The notes beneath the pieces were generated by a model. That model saw only the letters and a program-made list of their open reading frames with translations. It did not search any database and was not told the origin of the DNA. 64,000 bases of DNA from Eledone cirrhosa (Eukaryota). Position 1 is the first letter of the stretch. Every line of letters starts with the position of its first letter. Shown here in pieces: positions 14,554-27,927 of this stretch. The position numbers and the translations under genes are program-made. Location: assembly GCA_964016885.1 (NCBI GenBank), contig OZ024755.1:32116001-32180000 (forward strand), written 5' to 3'.

Positions 14554-15863
14554 TTACCTGATCTAGTATCAATTATTTTAAAGATATAGTTTACTATTAC
14601 CTGATCCAGTATCAGTTAAAGATGATATAGTTATTATTGATTGATCTAGTATAAGTTATTTTAAAGATATATTTACTATTACCTGATCCAGTATCAGTAA
14701 AAGATGATATAGTTATTATTGGTTGATCTAGTATAAGTTATTTTATAGATATATTTACTATTACCTGATCCAGTATCAGTAAAAGATGATATAGTTATTA
14801 TTGGTTGATCTAGTATAAGTTATTTTAAAGATATATTTACTATTACCTTATCCAGTGTCAGTTAAAGATGATATAGTTATTATTGGTTGATCTAGTATAA
14901 GTTATTTTAAAGATATATTTACTATTACCTGATTCAGTATCAGTTAAAGATGATATAGTTATTATTGGTGATCTAGTATAAGTTATTTTAAAGATATATT
15001 TACTATTACCTGATTCAGTATCAGTTAAAGATGATATAGTTATTATTGGTTGATGTAGTATAAGTTATTTTAAAGATATAGTTTCTATTACCTGATCCAG
15101 TATCAGTTAAAGATGATATAGTTATTATTGGTTGATCTGGTATAAGTTATTTTAAAGATATATTTACTATTACCTGATTCAGTATCAGTTAAAGATGATA
15201 TAGTTATTATTGGTTGATGTAGTATAAGTTATTTTAAAGATATAGTTTCTATTACCTGATCCAGTATCAGTTAAAGATGATATAGTTATTATTGGTTGAT
15301 CTGGTATAAGTTATTTTAAAGATATATTTACTATTACCTGATCCAGTATCGGTTAAAGATGATATAGTATTATTGGTTGATCTAGTATAAGTTATTTTAA
15401 AGATATAGTTACTATTACCTGATCCAGTATCAGTTAAAGATGATATAGTTATTATTGGTTGATCTAGTATCAGTTATTTTAAAGATATAGTTACTATTAC
15501 CTGATCCAGTATTGGTTAAAGATGATATAGTTATTATTGGTTGATCAGTTATTTTAAAGATATAGTTACTATTACCTGATCCAGTACCAGTTAAAGATGA
15601 TATAGTTATTATTGGTTGATCTAGTATCAGTTATTTTAAAAATATAGTTAATATTACCTGATCCAGTATCAGTTAAAGATGATAGTTATTATTGGTTGAT
15701 CTAGTATAAGTTATTTTAAAGATATATTTACTATTACCTGATCCAGTATCGGTTATAGATGATATAGTTATTATTGGTTGATCTAGTAAGTTATTTTAAT
15801 GTTTGATATAATTACAATTACCTAATCGAGTATTAGTTATTTTGAAGATTGACCTAGTTACTA

Positions 15864-16416
15864 CTAGCTGAGGTACCCGGCTTTGCTTGGGAGAATAGTT
15901 AAGAGAAGGTGGATAAAAGAAAAAAATGACTGTATTGGATATATAGGGCACGCGTTGAGGTCGTATTGTGACAAAAAAGATGAGAATAAAAATAAAAAAA
16001 CTTCATTATTAAGCTGTGGGAGTAAACTGCTGATTAAATCGTAGCATTGGCCTTGGGTTTTAAATGTGAAATAACCATAGTCAGTAAGATCTTTTTCAGC
16101 TCCAAAGGATGTCATATGAAACACTGCATGACATTGCTTCTGAAGTATTTAGCTTCATTAGTACGGTCTGTAAGTAGTATATGGATAAAAGCTGGAAGGT
16201 ATATTAATTTCAAATAGTATCAATTTTTCTTGTAAAAGCTAAACAATATAAACTTTCATGAGACGTTACTCTCTCATTTATATCTAACACTTTAATTGCA
16301 TCTCTCTCTGTATAACAGCCTATCTCCCTCCCTCTGTGTCTCTCTCTCTTTAGTTGTGTGTGTCTGTGTAGTTCTCGTGTTAAAACAATAAATATCTTTC
16401 TTTTTTTATATATAGA
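15864..16416 (-). mobile_element. Non-autonomous Helitron, type A'
   Basis: Near-identical to 12785-13337 (offset 3079). Confidence 0.85.
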
Positions 16417-17245
16417 TTACCTGATCTAGTATCAGTTATTTTAAAGATATAGTTACTATTACCTGATCCAGTATCAGTTAAAGATGATATTGTTATTATG
16501 GGTTGATCTAGTATCAGTTATTTTAAAGATATAGTTTCTATTACCTGATCCAGTATCAGTTAAAGATGATATAGTTATTATTGGTTGATCTGGTATAAGT
16601 TATTTTAAAGATATAGTTTCTATTACCTGATCCAGTATCAGTTAAAGATGATATAGTTATTATTGATTGATCTAGTATAAGTTATTTTAAAGATATAGTT
16701 ACTATTACCTGATCCAGTATCAGTAAAAGATGATATAGTTATTATTGGTTGATCTAGTATAAGTTATTTTAAAGATATATTTACTATTACCTTATCCAGT
16801 GTCAGTAAAAGATGATATAGTTATTATTGGTTGATCTAGTATAAGTTATTTTAAAGATATATTTACTATTACCTTATCCAGTGTCAGTTAAAGATGATAT
16901 AGTTATTATTGGTTGATCTAGTATAAGTTATTTTAAAGATATATTTACTATTACCTGATCCAGTATCAGTAAAAGATGATATAGTTATTATTGGTTGATC
17001 TAGTATAAGTTATTTTAAAGATATATTTACTATTACCTTATCCAGTGTCAGTTAAAGATGATATAGTTATTATTGGTTGATCTAGTATAAGTTATTTTAA
17101 AGATATATTTACTATTACCTGATCCAGTATCAGTTAAAGATGATATAGTTATTATTGGTTGATCTGGTATCAGATATTTTAAAGTTTGATATAATTACAA
17201 TTATCTAATCCAGTATTAGTTATTTTAAAGACCGACATAGTTCTA

Positions 17246-17796
17246 CCAGCTGAGGTACCCGGCTTTGCCTGGGAGAATAGTTAAGAGAAGGCTGATAAAA
17301 GAAAAAAATGACTGAATTGGATATGTTGAGCATGGGTTGGTGCCGTAATGTGACAAAAAGTAGAGAATAAAAATAAAAAACTTCAGTATTAAGCTGTGGG
17401 AGTAAACTGCTGATTAAATCGTAGCATTGGCCTTGGGTTTTAAATGTGAAATAACTATAGTCAGTAAGATCTTTTTCAGCTCCAAAGGATGTCATATGAA
17501 ACACTGCATGACATTGCTTCTGAAGTATTTAGCTTCATTAGTACGGTCTGTAAATAGTATATGGATAAAAGCTGGAAGGTAAATTAATTTCAAATAGTAT
17601 TAATTTTTCTTGTAAAAGCTAAACAATATAAACTTTCATGGGACGTTACTCTCTCATTTATATCTAACACTTTAATTGCATCTCTCTCTGTATAACAGCC
17701 TATCTCTCTCCCTCTGTGTCTCTCTCTCTTTAGTCGTGTGTGTCTGTGTAGTTCTCGTGTTAAAACAATAAATATCTTTCTTTTTTTATATATAGA
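17246..17796 (-). mobile_element. Non-autonomous Helitron, type B (with A-type CCTTGGG site)
   Basis: Same termini and hairpin as type B. Confidence 0.85.
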
Positions 17797-18869
17797 TTAC
17801 CTGATCTAGTATCAGTTATTTTTAAGATATAGTTACTATTACCTGATCCAGTATCAGTTAAAGATGATATAGTTATTATTGATTGATCTAGTATAAGTTA
17901 TTTTAAAGATATATTTACTATTACCTGATTCAGTATCAGTTAAAGATGATATAGTTATTATTGGTTGATGTAGTATAAGTTATTTTAAAGATATAGTTTC
18001 TATTACCTGATCCAGTATCAGTTAAAGATGATATAGTTATTATTGGTTGATCTAGTATAAGTTATTTTAAAGATATAGTTTCTATTACCTGATCCAGTAT
18101 CAGTTAAAGATGATATAGTTATTATTGGTTGATCTAGTATAAGTTATTTTAAAGATATATTTACTATTACCTGATTCAGTATCAGTTAAAGATGATATAG
18201 TTATTATTGGTTGATGTAGTATAAGTTATTTTAAAGATATAGTTTCTATTACCTGATCCAGTATCAGTTAAAGATGATATAGTTATTATTGGTTGATCTG
18301 GTATAAGTTATTTTAAAGATATATTTACTATTACCTGATTCAGTATCAGTTAAAGATGATATAGTTATTATTGATTGATCTAGTATAAGTTATTTTAAAG
18401 ATATATTTACTATTACCTGATCCAGTATCAGTAAAAGATGATATAGTTATTATTGGTTGATATAGTATAAGTTATTTTAAAGATATATTTACTATTACCT
18501 GATCCAGTATCAGTAAAAGATGATATAGTTATTATTGGTTGATCTAGTATGTTATTTTAAAGATATATTTACTATTACCTTATCCAGTTTCAGTTAAAGA
18601 TGATATAGTTATTATTGGTTGATCTAGTATAAGTTATTTTAAAGATATATTTACTATTACCTGATCCAGTATCAGTAAAAGATGATATAGTTATTATTGG
18701 TTAATCTAGTATAAATTATTTTAAAGATATATTTACTATTACCTTATCCAGTGTCAGTTAAAGATGATATAGTTATTATTGGTTGATCTGGTATCAGATA
18801 TTTTAAAGTTTGATATAATTACAATTATCTAATCCAGTATTAGTTATTTTAAAGATTGACATAGTTCTA

Positions 18870-19420
18870 CCAGCTGAGGTACCCGGCTTTGCCTGGGAGA
18901 ATAGTTAAGAGAAGGCTGATAAAAGAAAAAAATGACTGAATTGGATATGTTGAGCATGGGTTGGTGCCGTAATGTGACAAAAAGTAGAGAATAAAAATAA
19001 AAAACTTCAGTATTAAGCTGTGGGAGTAAACTGCTGATTAAATCGTAGCATTGGCCTTGGATTTTAAATGTGAAATAACTATAGTCAGTAAGATCTTTTT
19101 CAGCTCCAAAGGATGTCATATGAAACACTGCATGACATTGCTTCTGAAGTATTTAGCTTCATTAGTACGGTCTGTAAATAGTATATGGATAAAAGCTGGA
19201 AGGTAAATTAATTTCAAATAGTATCAATTTTTCTTGTAAAAGCTAAACAATATAAACTTTCATGGGACGTTACTCTCTCATTTATATCTAACACTTTAAT
19301 TGCATCTCTCTCTGTATAACAGCCTATCTCTCTCCCTCTGTGTCTCTCTCTCTTTAGTCGTGTGTGTCTGTGTAGTTCTCGTGTTAAAACAATAAATATC
19401 TTTCTTTTTTTATATATAGA
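18870..19420 (-). mobile_element. Non-autonomous Helitron, type B
   Basis: Near-identical to 2279-2829. Confidence 0.85.
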
Positions 19421-20003
19421 TTACCTGATCTAGTATCAGTTATTTTAAAGATATAGTTACTATTACCTGATCCAGTATCAGTTAAAGATGATATTGTTAT
19501 TATTGATTGATCTAGTATAAGTTATTTTAAAGATATATTTACTATTACCTGATCCAGTATCAGTAAAAGATGATATAGTTATTATTGGTTGATCTAGTAT
19601 AAGTTATTTTAAAGATATAGTTTCTATTACCTGATCCAGTATCAGTTAAAGATGATATAGTTATTATTGGTTGATCTGGTATAAGTTATTTTAAAGATAT
19701 AGTTTCTATTACCTGATCCAGTATCAGTTAAAGATGATATAGTTATTATTGATTGATCTAGTATAAGTTATTTTAAAGATATATTTACTATTACCTGATC
19801 CAGTATCAGTAAAAGATGATATAGTTATTATTGGTTGATCTAGTATAAGTTATTTTAAAGATATATTTACTATTACCTTATCCAGTGTCAGTTAAAGATG
19901 ATATAGTTATTATTGGTTGATCTGGTATCAGATATTTTAAAGTTTGATATAATTACAATTATCTAATCCAGTATTAGTTATTTTAAAGATTGACATAGTT
20001 CTA

Positions 20004-20554
20004 CCAGCTGAGGTACCCGGCTTTGCCTGGGAGAATAGTTAAGAGAAGGCTGATAAAAGAAAAAAATGACTGAATTGGATATGTTGAGCATGGGTTGGTG
20101 CCGTAATGTGACAAAAAGTAGAGAATAAAAATAAAAAACTTCAGTATTAAGCTGTGGGAGTAAACTGCTGATTAAATCGTAGCATTGGCCTTGGATTTTA
20201 AATGTGAAATAACTATAGTCAGTAAGATCTTTTTCAGCTCCAAAGGATGTCATATGAAACACTGCATGACATTGCTTCTGAAGTATTTAGCTTCATTAGT
20301 ACGGTCTGTAAATAGTATATGGATAAAAGCTGGAAGGTAAATTAATTTCAAATAGTATCAATTTTTCTTGTAAAAGCTAAACAATATAAACTTTCATGGG
20401 ACGTTACTCTCTCATTTATATCTAACACTTTAATTGCATCTCTCTCTGTATAACAGCCTATCTCTCTCCCTCTGTGTCTCTCTCTCTTTAGTCGTGTGTG
20501 TCTGTGTAGTTCTCGTGTTAAAACAATAAATATCTTTCTTTTTTTATATATAGA
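20004..20554 (-). mobile_element. Non-autonomous Helitron, type B
   Basis: Near-identical to 2279-2829. Confidence 0.85.
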
Positions 20555-20973
20555 TTACCTGATCTAGTATCAGTTATTTTAAAGATATAGTTACTATTAC
20601 CTGATCCAGTATCAGTTAAAGATGATATTGTTATTATGGGTTGATCTAGTATCAGTTATTTTAAAGATATAGTTTCTATTACCTGATCCAGTATCAGTTA
20701 AAGATGATATAGTTATTATTGATTGATCTAGTATAAGTTATTTTAAAGATATATTTACTATTACCTTATCCAGTGTCAGTTAAAGATGATATAGTTATTA
20801 TTGGTTGATCTGGTATAAGTTAATTTAAAGATATAGTTACTATTACCTGATCCAGTATCAGTTAACGATGGTATAGTTATTATTGGTTGATCTAGTATCA
20901 GTTATTTTAAAGTTTGATATAATTACACTTACCTAATCCAGTATTAGTTATTTTGAAGATTGACATAGTTCTA

Positions 20974-21524
20974 CCAGCTGAGGTACCCGGCTTTGCCTGG
21001 GAGAATAGTTAAGAGAAGGCGGATAAAAGAAAAAAAATGATTGTATTGGATATGTTGAGCACGCGTTGGGGCCGTAATGTGACAAAAAAGAAGAGAATAA
21101 AAATAAAAAACTTCCTTATTAAGCTGTGGGAGTAAACTGCTGATTAAATCGTAGCATTGGCCTTGGATTTTAAATGTGAAATAACCATAGTCAGTAAGAT
21201 CTTTTTCAGCTCTAAAGGATGTCATATGAAACACTGCATAACATTGCTTCTGAAGTATTTAGCTTCATTAGTACGGTCTGTAAATAGCATATGGATAAAA
21301 GCTGGAAGGTAAATTAATTTCAAATAGTATCAATTTTTCTTGTAAAAGCTAAACAATATAAACTTTCATGGGACGTTAGTCTCTCACTGAATATCTAACA
21401 CTTTAATTGTATCGCTCTCTGTATAACGGCCTATCTCTCTCCCTCTGTGTCACTCTCTCTTTAGTTGTGTGTGTGTAGTTCTCGGGTGAAAACAATAAAC
21501 ATCTCTCTTTTTTTTATATATAGA
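20974..21524 (-). mobile_element. Non-autonomous Helitron, diverged type C
   Basis: Same termini (TC...CTGG) with a more diverged interior. Confidence 0.83.
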
Positions 21525-21780
21525 TTACCTGATCTAGTATCAGTTATTTTAAAGATATAGTTACTATTACCTGATCCAGTGTCAGTTATAGATGATATAG
21601 TTATTATTGGTTGATCTAGTATAAGTTATTTTAAAGATATAGTTACTATTACCTGATCCAGTATCAGTTAAAGATGATATAGTTATTATTGGTTGATCTA
21701 GTATCAGTTATTTTAAAGTGTGATATACTTACAATTACCTAATCCAGTTTTAGTTATTTTAAAGATTGACATAGTTACTA

Positions 21781-22316
21781 CTAGCTGAGGGACCCGGCTT
21801 TGCCTGGGAGAATAGTTAAAAGAAGAAAATGACTGTATTGGATATGTTGAGCACGCGTTGAGGTCGTAATGTAACAAAAAAGAAGAGAATAAAAATAAAA
21901 AAACTTCCTTATTAAGCTGTGGGAGTAAACTGCTGATTAAATCGTAGCATTGGCCTTGGGTTTTAAATGTGAAATAACCATAGTCAGTAAAATCTTTTTC
22001 AGCTCCAAAGGATGTCATATGAAACACTGCATAACATTACTTCTGAAGTATTTAGTTTCATAGTATGGTCTGTAAGTAGTATATGGATAAAAGCTGGAAG
22101 GTAAATTAATTTCAAATAGTATCAATTTTTCTTGTAAAAGCTAAACAATATAAACTTTCATGGGACGTTACTCTCTCATTTATATCTAACACTTTAATTG
22201 TATCTCTCTCTGTATAACGGCCTATCTCTCTTCCTCTGTCTCTCTCTCTCTAGTTGTGTGTGTGTGTGTAGTTCTCGTGTGAAAACAATAAACATCTCTC
22301 TTTTTTTATATATAGA
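21781..22316 (-). mobile_element. Non-autonomous Helitron, diverged type D (short internal deletion)
   Basis: TC...CTAG termini and hairpin present; lacks the GAGAAGGCGGAT segment. Confidence 0.83.
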
Positions 22317-22766
22317 TTACCTGATTTAGTATCAGTTATTTGAAAGATATAGTTACTATTACCTGATCCAGTATCAGTTAAAGATGATATAGTTATTATT
22401 GGTTGTTCTAGTATCAGTTATTTTAAAGATATAGTTACTATTACCTGATCTAGTATCAGTTAAAGATGATATAGTTATTATTGGTTGATCTAGTATCAGT
22501 TATTTTAAAGATATAGTAACTATTACCTGATCCAGTATCAGTTATTTTAAAGATATATTTACTATTACCTGATCCAGTATCAGTTAAAGATGATATAGTT
22601 ATTATTGGTTGATCTAGTATCAGTTATTTTAAAGATATAGTTAATATTACTTATCTAGTATCAGTTAAAGATATAGTTCTTATTGGTTGATCTAGTATCA
22701 GTTATTTTAAAGATGTAGTTACTATTACCTGATCCAGTATCAGTTAAAGATGATATAGTTACTATT

Positions 22767-24676
22767 GTAACTATACAAGTCGTACAGAATGGGGTTGTTC
22801 CGAAGGAATGGCGTAGCCGCATCATCGTTAACTGCTATAAGGGAAAAGGAGATGCCCTAGATAGGAGTAACTATAGAGGCATTAAATTAATCGACCAGGT
22901 CATGAAGGTCACGGAAAAAGTAATAGCGCAACTAATCAGAGAGAGAATTGATCTAGATGAAATGCAGTTCGGGTTTGTGTCAGGCAAAAGTACCACAGAC
23001 GCTCTTTTCATTGTACGACAACTACAGGAGAAGTACCTAGCTAAAAGTAAACCCCTATACTTAGCTTTCGTCGACTTGGAGAAAGCCTTCGACAGAGTCC
23101 CCCGTTCCATTATCTGGTGGTCTCTTAGAAAACTAGGTGTTGACGAATGGCTTGTGAGAGCTATACAAGCCATGTATAAAGAAACAGTCAGTAAGGTTAG
23201 AATTAACAACGAATATAGTGAAGAGTTTAGCGTAAAAGTTGGTGTCCATCAGGGCTCTGTTCTTAGCCCCCTACTATTTATTATTGCCCTTCAGGCTATA
23301 ACAGAGGAGTTCAAGACCGGCTGCCCATGGGAACTCCTATACGCAGATGATCTAACGCTCATAGCTGAATCAATGACCGAACTAGAGAAGAAATTCCAAA
23401 CGTGGAAGCACGGCCTAGAATCAAAAGGCCTTAAAATTAACCTGGCTAAGACTAAAGTTCTAGTTTGTAGGAAAGAAAATAAGGCGGCGGTCCCATCGGG
23501 GAAATGGCCATGCTCAGTGTGTAGGAAAGGCGTAGGTAGAAACTCCATTTTATGTCCCAAATGCAAAGTATGGGTGCATAAAAGATGTAGTGGGATCACA
23601 GGTAAGCTAACTAAGAACATAGATTTTACATGTGGCCGGTGCTCTGGTGCAATAAGTAGCAGCAAGTGCCCACAAAATACTAGCTCCTTCAACTGCGCAG
23701 AGGGTTCTATAGAAATAGTGGACAGCTTCCGTTATCTGGGTGACAAAATCAGCAGTGGGGGAGGGTGCTCTGAAAGTACAGTAGCTAGAGTCAGAACTGG
23801 ATGGAAAAAGTTCAGAGAGCTTATACCACTATTAGCCGCTAGAGGGTTCTCCCTAAAAATGAAAGGCAGGTTATACGATGCCTGCATACGAACAGCAATG
23901 CTGCATGGCAGTGAGACCTGGGCATTGTGTGCAGAGGATATACGCAGACTAGAGAGGAACGAAGCTTGCATGCTCCGCTGGATGTGCAATAGTAATATAC
24001 GTGAACGGCAAAGCATAAACGAACTAAGGAAAACATTAGAAATAAGAGGGATCAGATGTTGTTTACTCGAGAGAAGGCTACGTTGGTACGGTCACGTGAT
24101 GCGCATGAAAGACGACAGCTGTATAACAAAGTGCAGGGCAATAAAGATAGACGGTAGCCACGGAGTAGGCAGACCCAGAAAAACATGGGACGAGCTGATA
24201 AATTCCGACCTCACACGCTTACACCTCTCCAAGACAATGTCACTGGACCGAGACCTTTGGCGGTACTCAGTAATAGAGAAGACCCGCCTTACCTAAATAC
24301 AAAGTAAAAACCTACTACAGTCAGTAGGCATCTCTATCAAAACACACCCCCGTCCCACCACCTCCACCCCACCCACACCGCCCCTTTCAATGTAAAGTTA
24401 TGTTGGTGCCGAAACAAATGAGATCGTGTAGGTGTCACGACAAAAAACACACAGTCCACGCTGTAAATGTGGCCGTGTAGGCAACACGGTAAAAACCTCC
24501 CAGCCCCACACTGTAAATGTGGTTGGTGTTAGGAAGGGCATCCAACTGTAGAAAACCCGCCAGACAGTCCTATGCGAGCAAGACAACCACTCTTGCCTCA
24601 AGTGGGAAAACCCCCGTCCAAACCCATGCAAGCGTGGAACACGGACGCTAAACCTGATGATGATGATGATGATGAT
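22767..24676 (+). mobile_element. 5'-truncated RTE-type non-LTR retrotransposon (LINE), copy 1
   Basis: RT ORF, 3' UTR with terminal hairpin CGTCC...GGACG and (TGA)7 tail. Flanked on both sides by the 82-bp satellite. No endonuclease domain present. Confidence 0.92.
22902..24296 (+). CDS. LINE reverse transcriptase (ORF2 C-terminal part) with internal PHD finger; N-truncated, frame open from ~22767
   Basis: Motifs PKEW..KGKGD..NYRGIKL (in frame upstream of the ATG), QFGF, FVDLEKAFDRV, GVHQGSVLSPLLF, YADD, GLKINLAKTKV, FRYLG. RTE-like C-terminus RRLRWYGHVMRM...GRPRKTW. Confidence 0.9.
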   Translation: MKVTEKVIAQLIRERIDLDEMQFGFVSGKSTTDALFIVRQLQEKYLAKSKPLYLAFVDLEKAFDRVPRSIIWWSLRKLGVDEWLVRAIQAMYKETVSKVRINNEYSEEFSVKVGVHQGSVLSPLLFIIALQAITEEFKTGCPWELLYADDLTLIAESMTELEKKFQTWKHGLESKGLKINLAKTKVLVCRKENKAAVPSGKWPCSVCRKGVGRNSILCPKCKVWVHKRCSGITGKLTKNIDFTCGRCSGAISSSKCPQNTSSFNCAEGSIEIVDSFRYLGDKISSGGGCSESTVARVRTGWKKFRELIPLLAARGFSLKMKGRLYDACIRTAMLHGSETWALCAEDIRRLERNEACMLRWMCNSNIRERQSINELRKTLEIRGIRCCLLERRLRWYGHVMRMKDDSCITKCRAIKIDGSHGVGRPRKTWDELINSDLTRLHLSKTMSLDRDLWRYSVIEKTRLT

Positions 24677-24766
24677 GGTTGATCTAGTATCAGTTATTTT
24701 AAAGTTTGATATAATTACAATTACCTAATCCAGTATTAGTTATTTTAAAGATTAACATAGTTACTA

Positions 24767-25317
24767 CTAGCTGAGGTACCCGGCTATGCCTGGGAGAATA
24801 GTTAAGAGAAGGCGGATAAAAGAAAAAAATGACTGTATTGGATATGTTGAGCATGCGTTGGGGCCGTAATGTGACGAAAAATTTGAGAATAAAAATAAAA
24901 AACTTCCTTATTAAGCTGTGGGAGTAAACTGCTGATTAAATCGTAGCATTGGCCTTGGGTTTTAAATGTGAAATAACCATAGTCAGTAAAATCTTTTTCA
25001 GCTCCAAAGGATGTCATATGAAACACTGCATAACATTGCTTCTGAAGTATTTAGCGTCATTAGTACGGTCTGTAAGTAGTATATGGATAAAAGCTGGAAG
25101 GTAAATTAATTTCAAATAGTATCAATTTTTCTTGTAAAAGCTAAACAATATAAACTTTCATGGGACGTTACTCTCTCACTGAATATCTAACACTTTAATT
25201 GTATCTCTCTCTGTATAACGGTCTATCTCTCTTCCTCTGTGTCTCTCTCTGTAGTTGTGTGTGTGTGTGTAGTTCTCGTGTGAAAACAATGAACATCTCT
25301 CTTTATTTATATATAGA
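24767..25317 (-). mobile_element. Non-autonomous Helitron, diverged type E
   Basis: TC...CTAG termini; hairpin loop variant (plus strand CCCGGC-TAT-GCCTGGG). Confidence 0.83.
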
Positions 25318-26709
25318 TTACCTGATCTAGTATCAGTTATTTTAAAGATATAGTTACTATTACCTGATCCAGTATCAGTTAAAGATGATATAGTTATTAT
25401 TGGTTAATCTAGTATCAGTTATTTTAAAAATATAGTTACTATTACCTGATCTAGTATCAGTTAAAGATGATATAGTTATTATTGATTGATCTAGTATAAG
25501 TTATTTTAAAGATATATTTACTATTACCTGATCCAGTATCAGTAAAAGATGATATAGTTATTATTGGTTGATCTAGTATAAGTTATTTTATAGATATATT
25601 TACTATTACCTGATCCAGTATCAGTAAAAGATGATATAGTTATTATTGGTTGATCTAGTATAAGTTATTTTAAAGATATATTTACTATTACCTTATCCAG
25701 TGTCAGTTAAAGATGATATAGTTATTATTGGTTGATCTAGTATAAGTTATTTTAAAGATATATTTACTATTACCTGATTCAGTATCAGTTAAAGATGATA
25801 TAGTTATTATTGGTTGATCTAGTATAAGTTATTTTAAAGATATATTTACTATTACCTGATTCAGTATCAGTTAAAGATGATATAGTTATTATTGGTTGAT
25901 GTAGTATAAGTTATTTTAAAGATATAGTTTCTATTACCTGATCCAGTATCAGTTAAAGATGATATAGTTATTATTGGTTGATCTGGTATAAGTTATTTTA
26001 AAGATATATTTACTATTACCTGATTCAGTATCAGTTAAAGATGATATAGTTATTATTGGTTGATGTAGTATAAGTTATTTTAAAGATATAGTTTCTATTA
26101 CCTGATCCAGTATCAGTTAAAGATGATATAGTTATTATTGGTTGATCTGGTATAAGTTATTTTAAAGATATATTTACTATTACCTGATCCAGTATCGGTT
26201 AAAGATGATATAGTATTATTGGTTGATCTAGTATAAGTTATTTTAAAGATATAGTTACTATTACCTGATCCAGTATCAGTTAAAGATGATATAGTTATTA
26301 TTGGTTGATCTAGTATCAGTTATTTTAAAGATATAGTTACTATTACCTGATCCAGTATTGGTTAAAGATGATATAGTTATTATTGGTTGATCAGTTATTT
26401 TAAAGATATAGTTACTATTACCTGATCCAGTACCAGTTAAAGATGATATAGTTATTATTGGTTGATCTAGTATCAGTTATTTTAAAAATATAGTTAATAT
26501 TACCTGATCCAGTATCAGTTAAAGATGATAGTTATTATTGGTTGATCTAGTATAAGTTATTTTAAAGATATATTTACTATTACCTGATCCAGTATCGGTT
26601 ATAGATGTTATAGTTATTATTGGTTGATCTAGTAAGTTATTTTAATGTTTGATATAATTACAATTACCTAATCCAGTATTAGTTATTTTGAAGATTGACC
26701 TAGTTACTA

Positions 26710-27262
26710 CTAGCTGAGGTACCCGGCTTTGCTTGGGAGAATAGTTAAGAGAAGGTGGATAAAAGAAAAAAATGACTGTATTGGATATATAGGGCACGCG
26801 TTGAGGTCGTATTGTGACAAAAAAGATGAGAATAAAAATAAAAAAACTTCATTATTAAGCTGTGGGAGTAAACTGCTGATTAAATCGTAGCATTGGCCTT
26901 GGGTTTTAAATGTGAAATAACCATAGTCAGTAAGATCTTTTTCAGCTCCAAAGGATGTCATATGAAACACTGCATGACATTGCTTCTGAAGTATTTAGCT
27001 TCATTAGTACGGTCTGTAAGTAGTATATGGATAAAAGCTGGAAGGTATATTAATTTCAAATAGTATCAATTTTTCTTGTAAAAGCTAAACAATATAAACT
27101 TTCATGAGACGTTACTCTCTCATTTATATCTAACACTTTAATTGCATCTCTCTCTGTATAACAGCCTATCTCCCTCCCTCTGTGTCTCTCTCTCTTTAGT
27201 TGTGTGTGTCTGTGTAGTTCTCGTGTTAAAACAATAAATATCTTTCTTTTTTTATATATAGA
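26710..27262 (-). mobile_element. Non-autonomous Helitron, type A'
   Basis: Near-identical to 12785-13337. Confidence 0.85.
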
Positions 27263-27927
27263 TTACCTGATCTAGTATCAGTTATTTTAAAGATATAGTT
27301 ACTATTACCTGATCCAGTATCAGTTAAAGATGATATAGTTATTATAGGTTGATCTAGTATCAGTTATTTTAAAGATATAGTTACTATTACCTGATCTAGT
27401 ATCAGTTAAAGATGATATAGTTATTATTGGTTGATCTGGTATAAGTTATTTTAAAGATATAGTTTCTATTACCTGATCCAGTATCAGTTAAAGATGATAT
27501 AGTTATTATTGATTGATCTAGTATAAGTTATTTTAAAGATATATTTACTATTACCTGATCCAGTATCAGTAAAAGATGATATAGTTATTATTGGTTGATG
27601 TAGTATAAGTTATTTTAAAGATATAGTTTCTATTACCTGATCCAGTATCAGTTAAAGATGATATAGTTATTATTGGTTGATCTGGTATAAGTTATTTTAA
27701 AGATATATTTACTATTACCTGATTCAGTATCAGTTAAAGATGATATAGTTATTATTGGTTGATGTAGTATAAGTTAATTCAAAGATATATTTACTATTAC
27801 CGGATCCAGTATCGGTTAAAGATGATATAGTTATTATTGGTTGATCTAGTATCAGATATTTTAAAGTTTGATATAATTACAATTATCTAATCCAGTATTA
27901 GTTATTTTAAAGATTGACATAGTTCTA

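Noticed and set aside
24600-24680. Hammerhead ribozyme or C/D box at CTGATGA in the LINE 3' end
   Set aside because: CTGATGA is just the start of the (TGA)n tail; no stem II and GAAA follow it.
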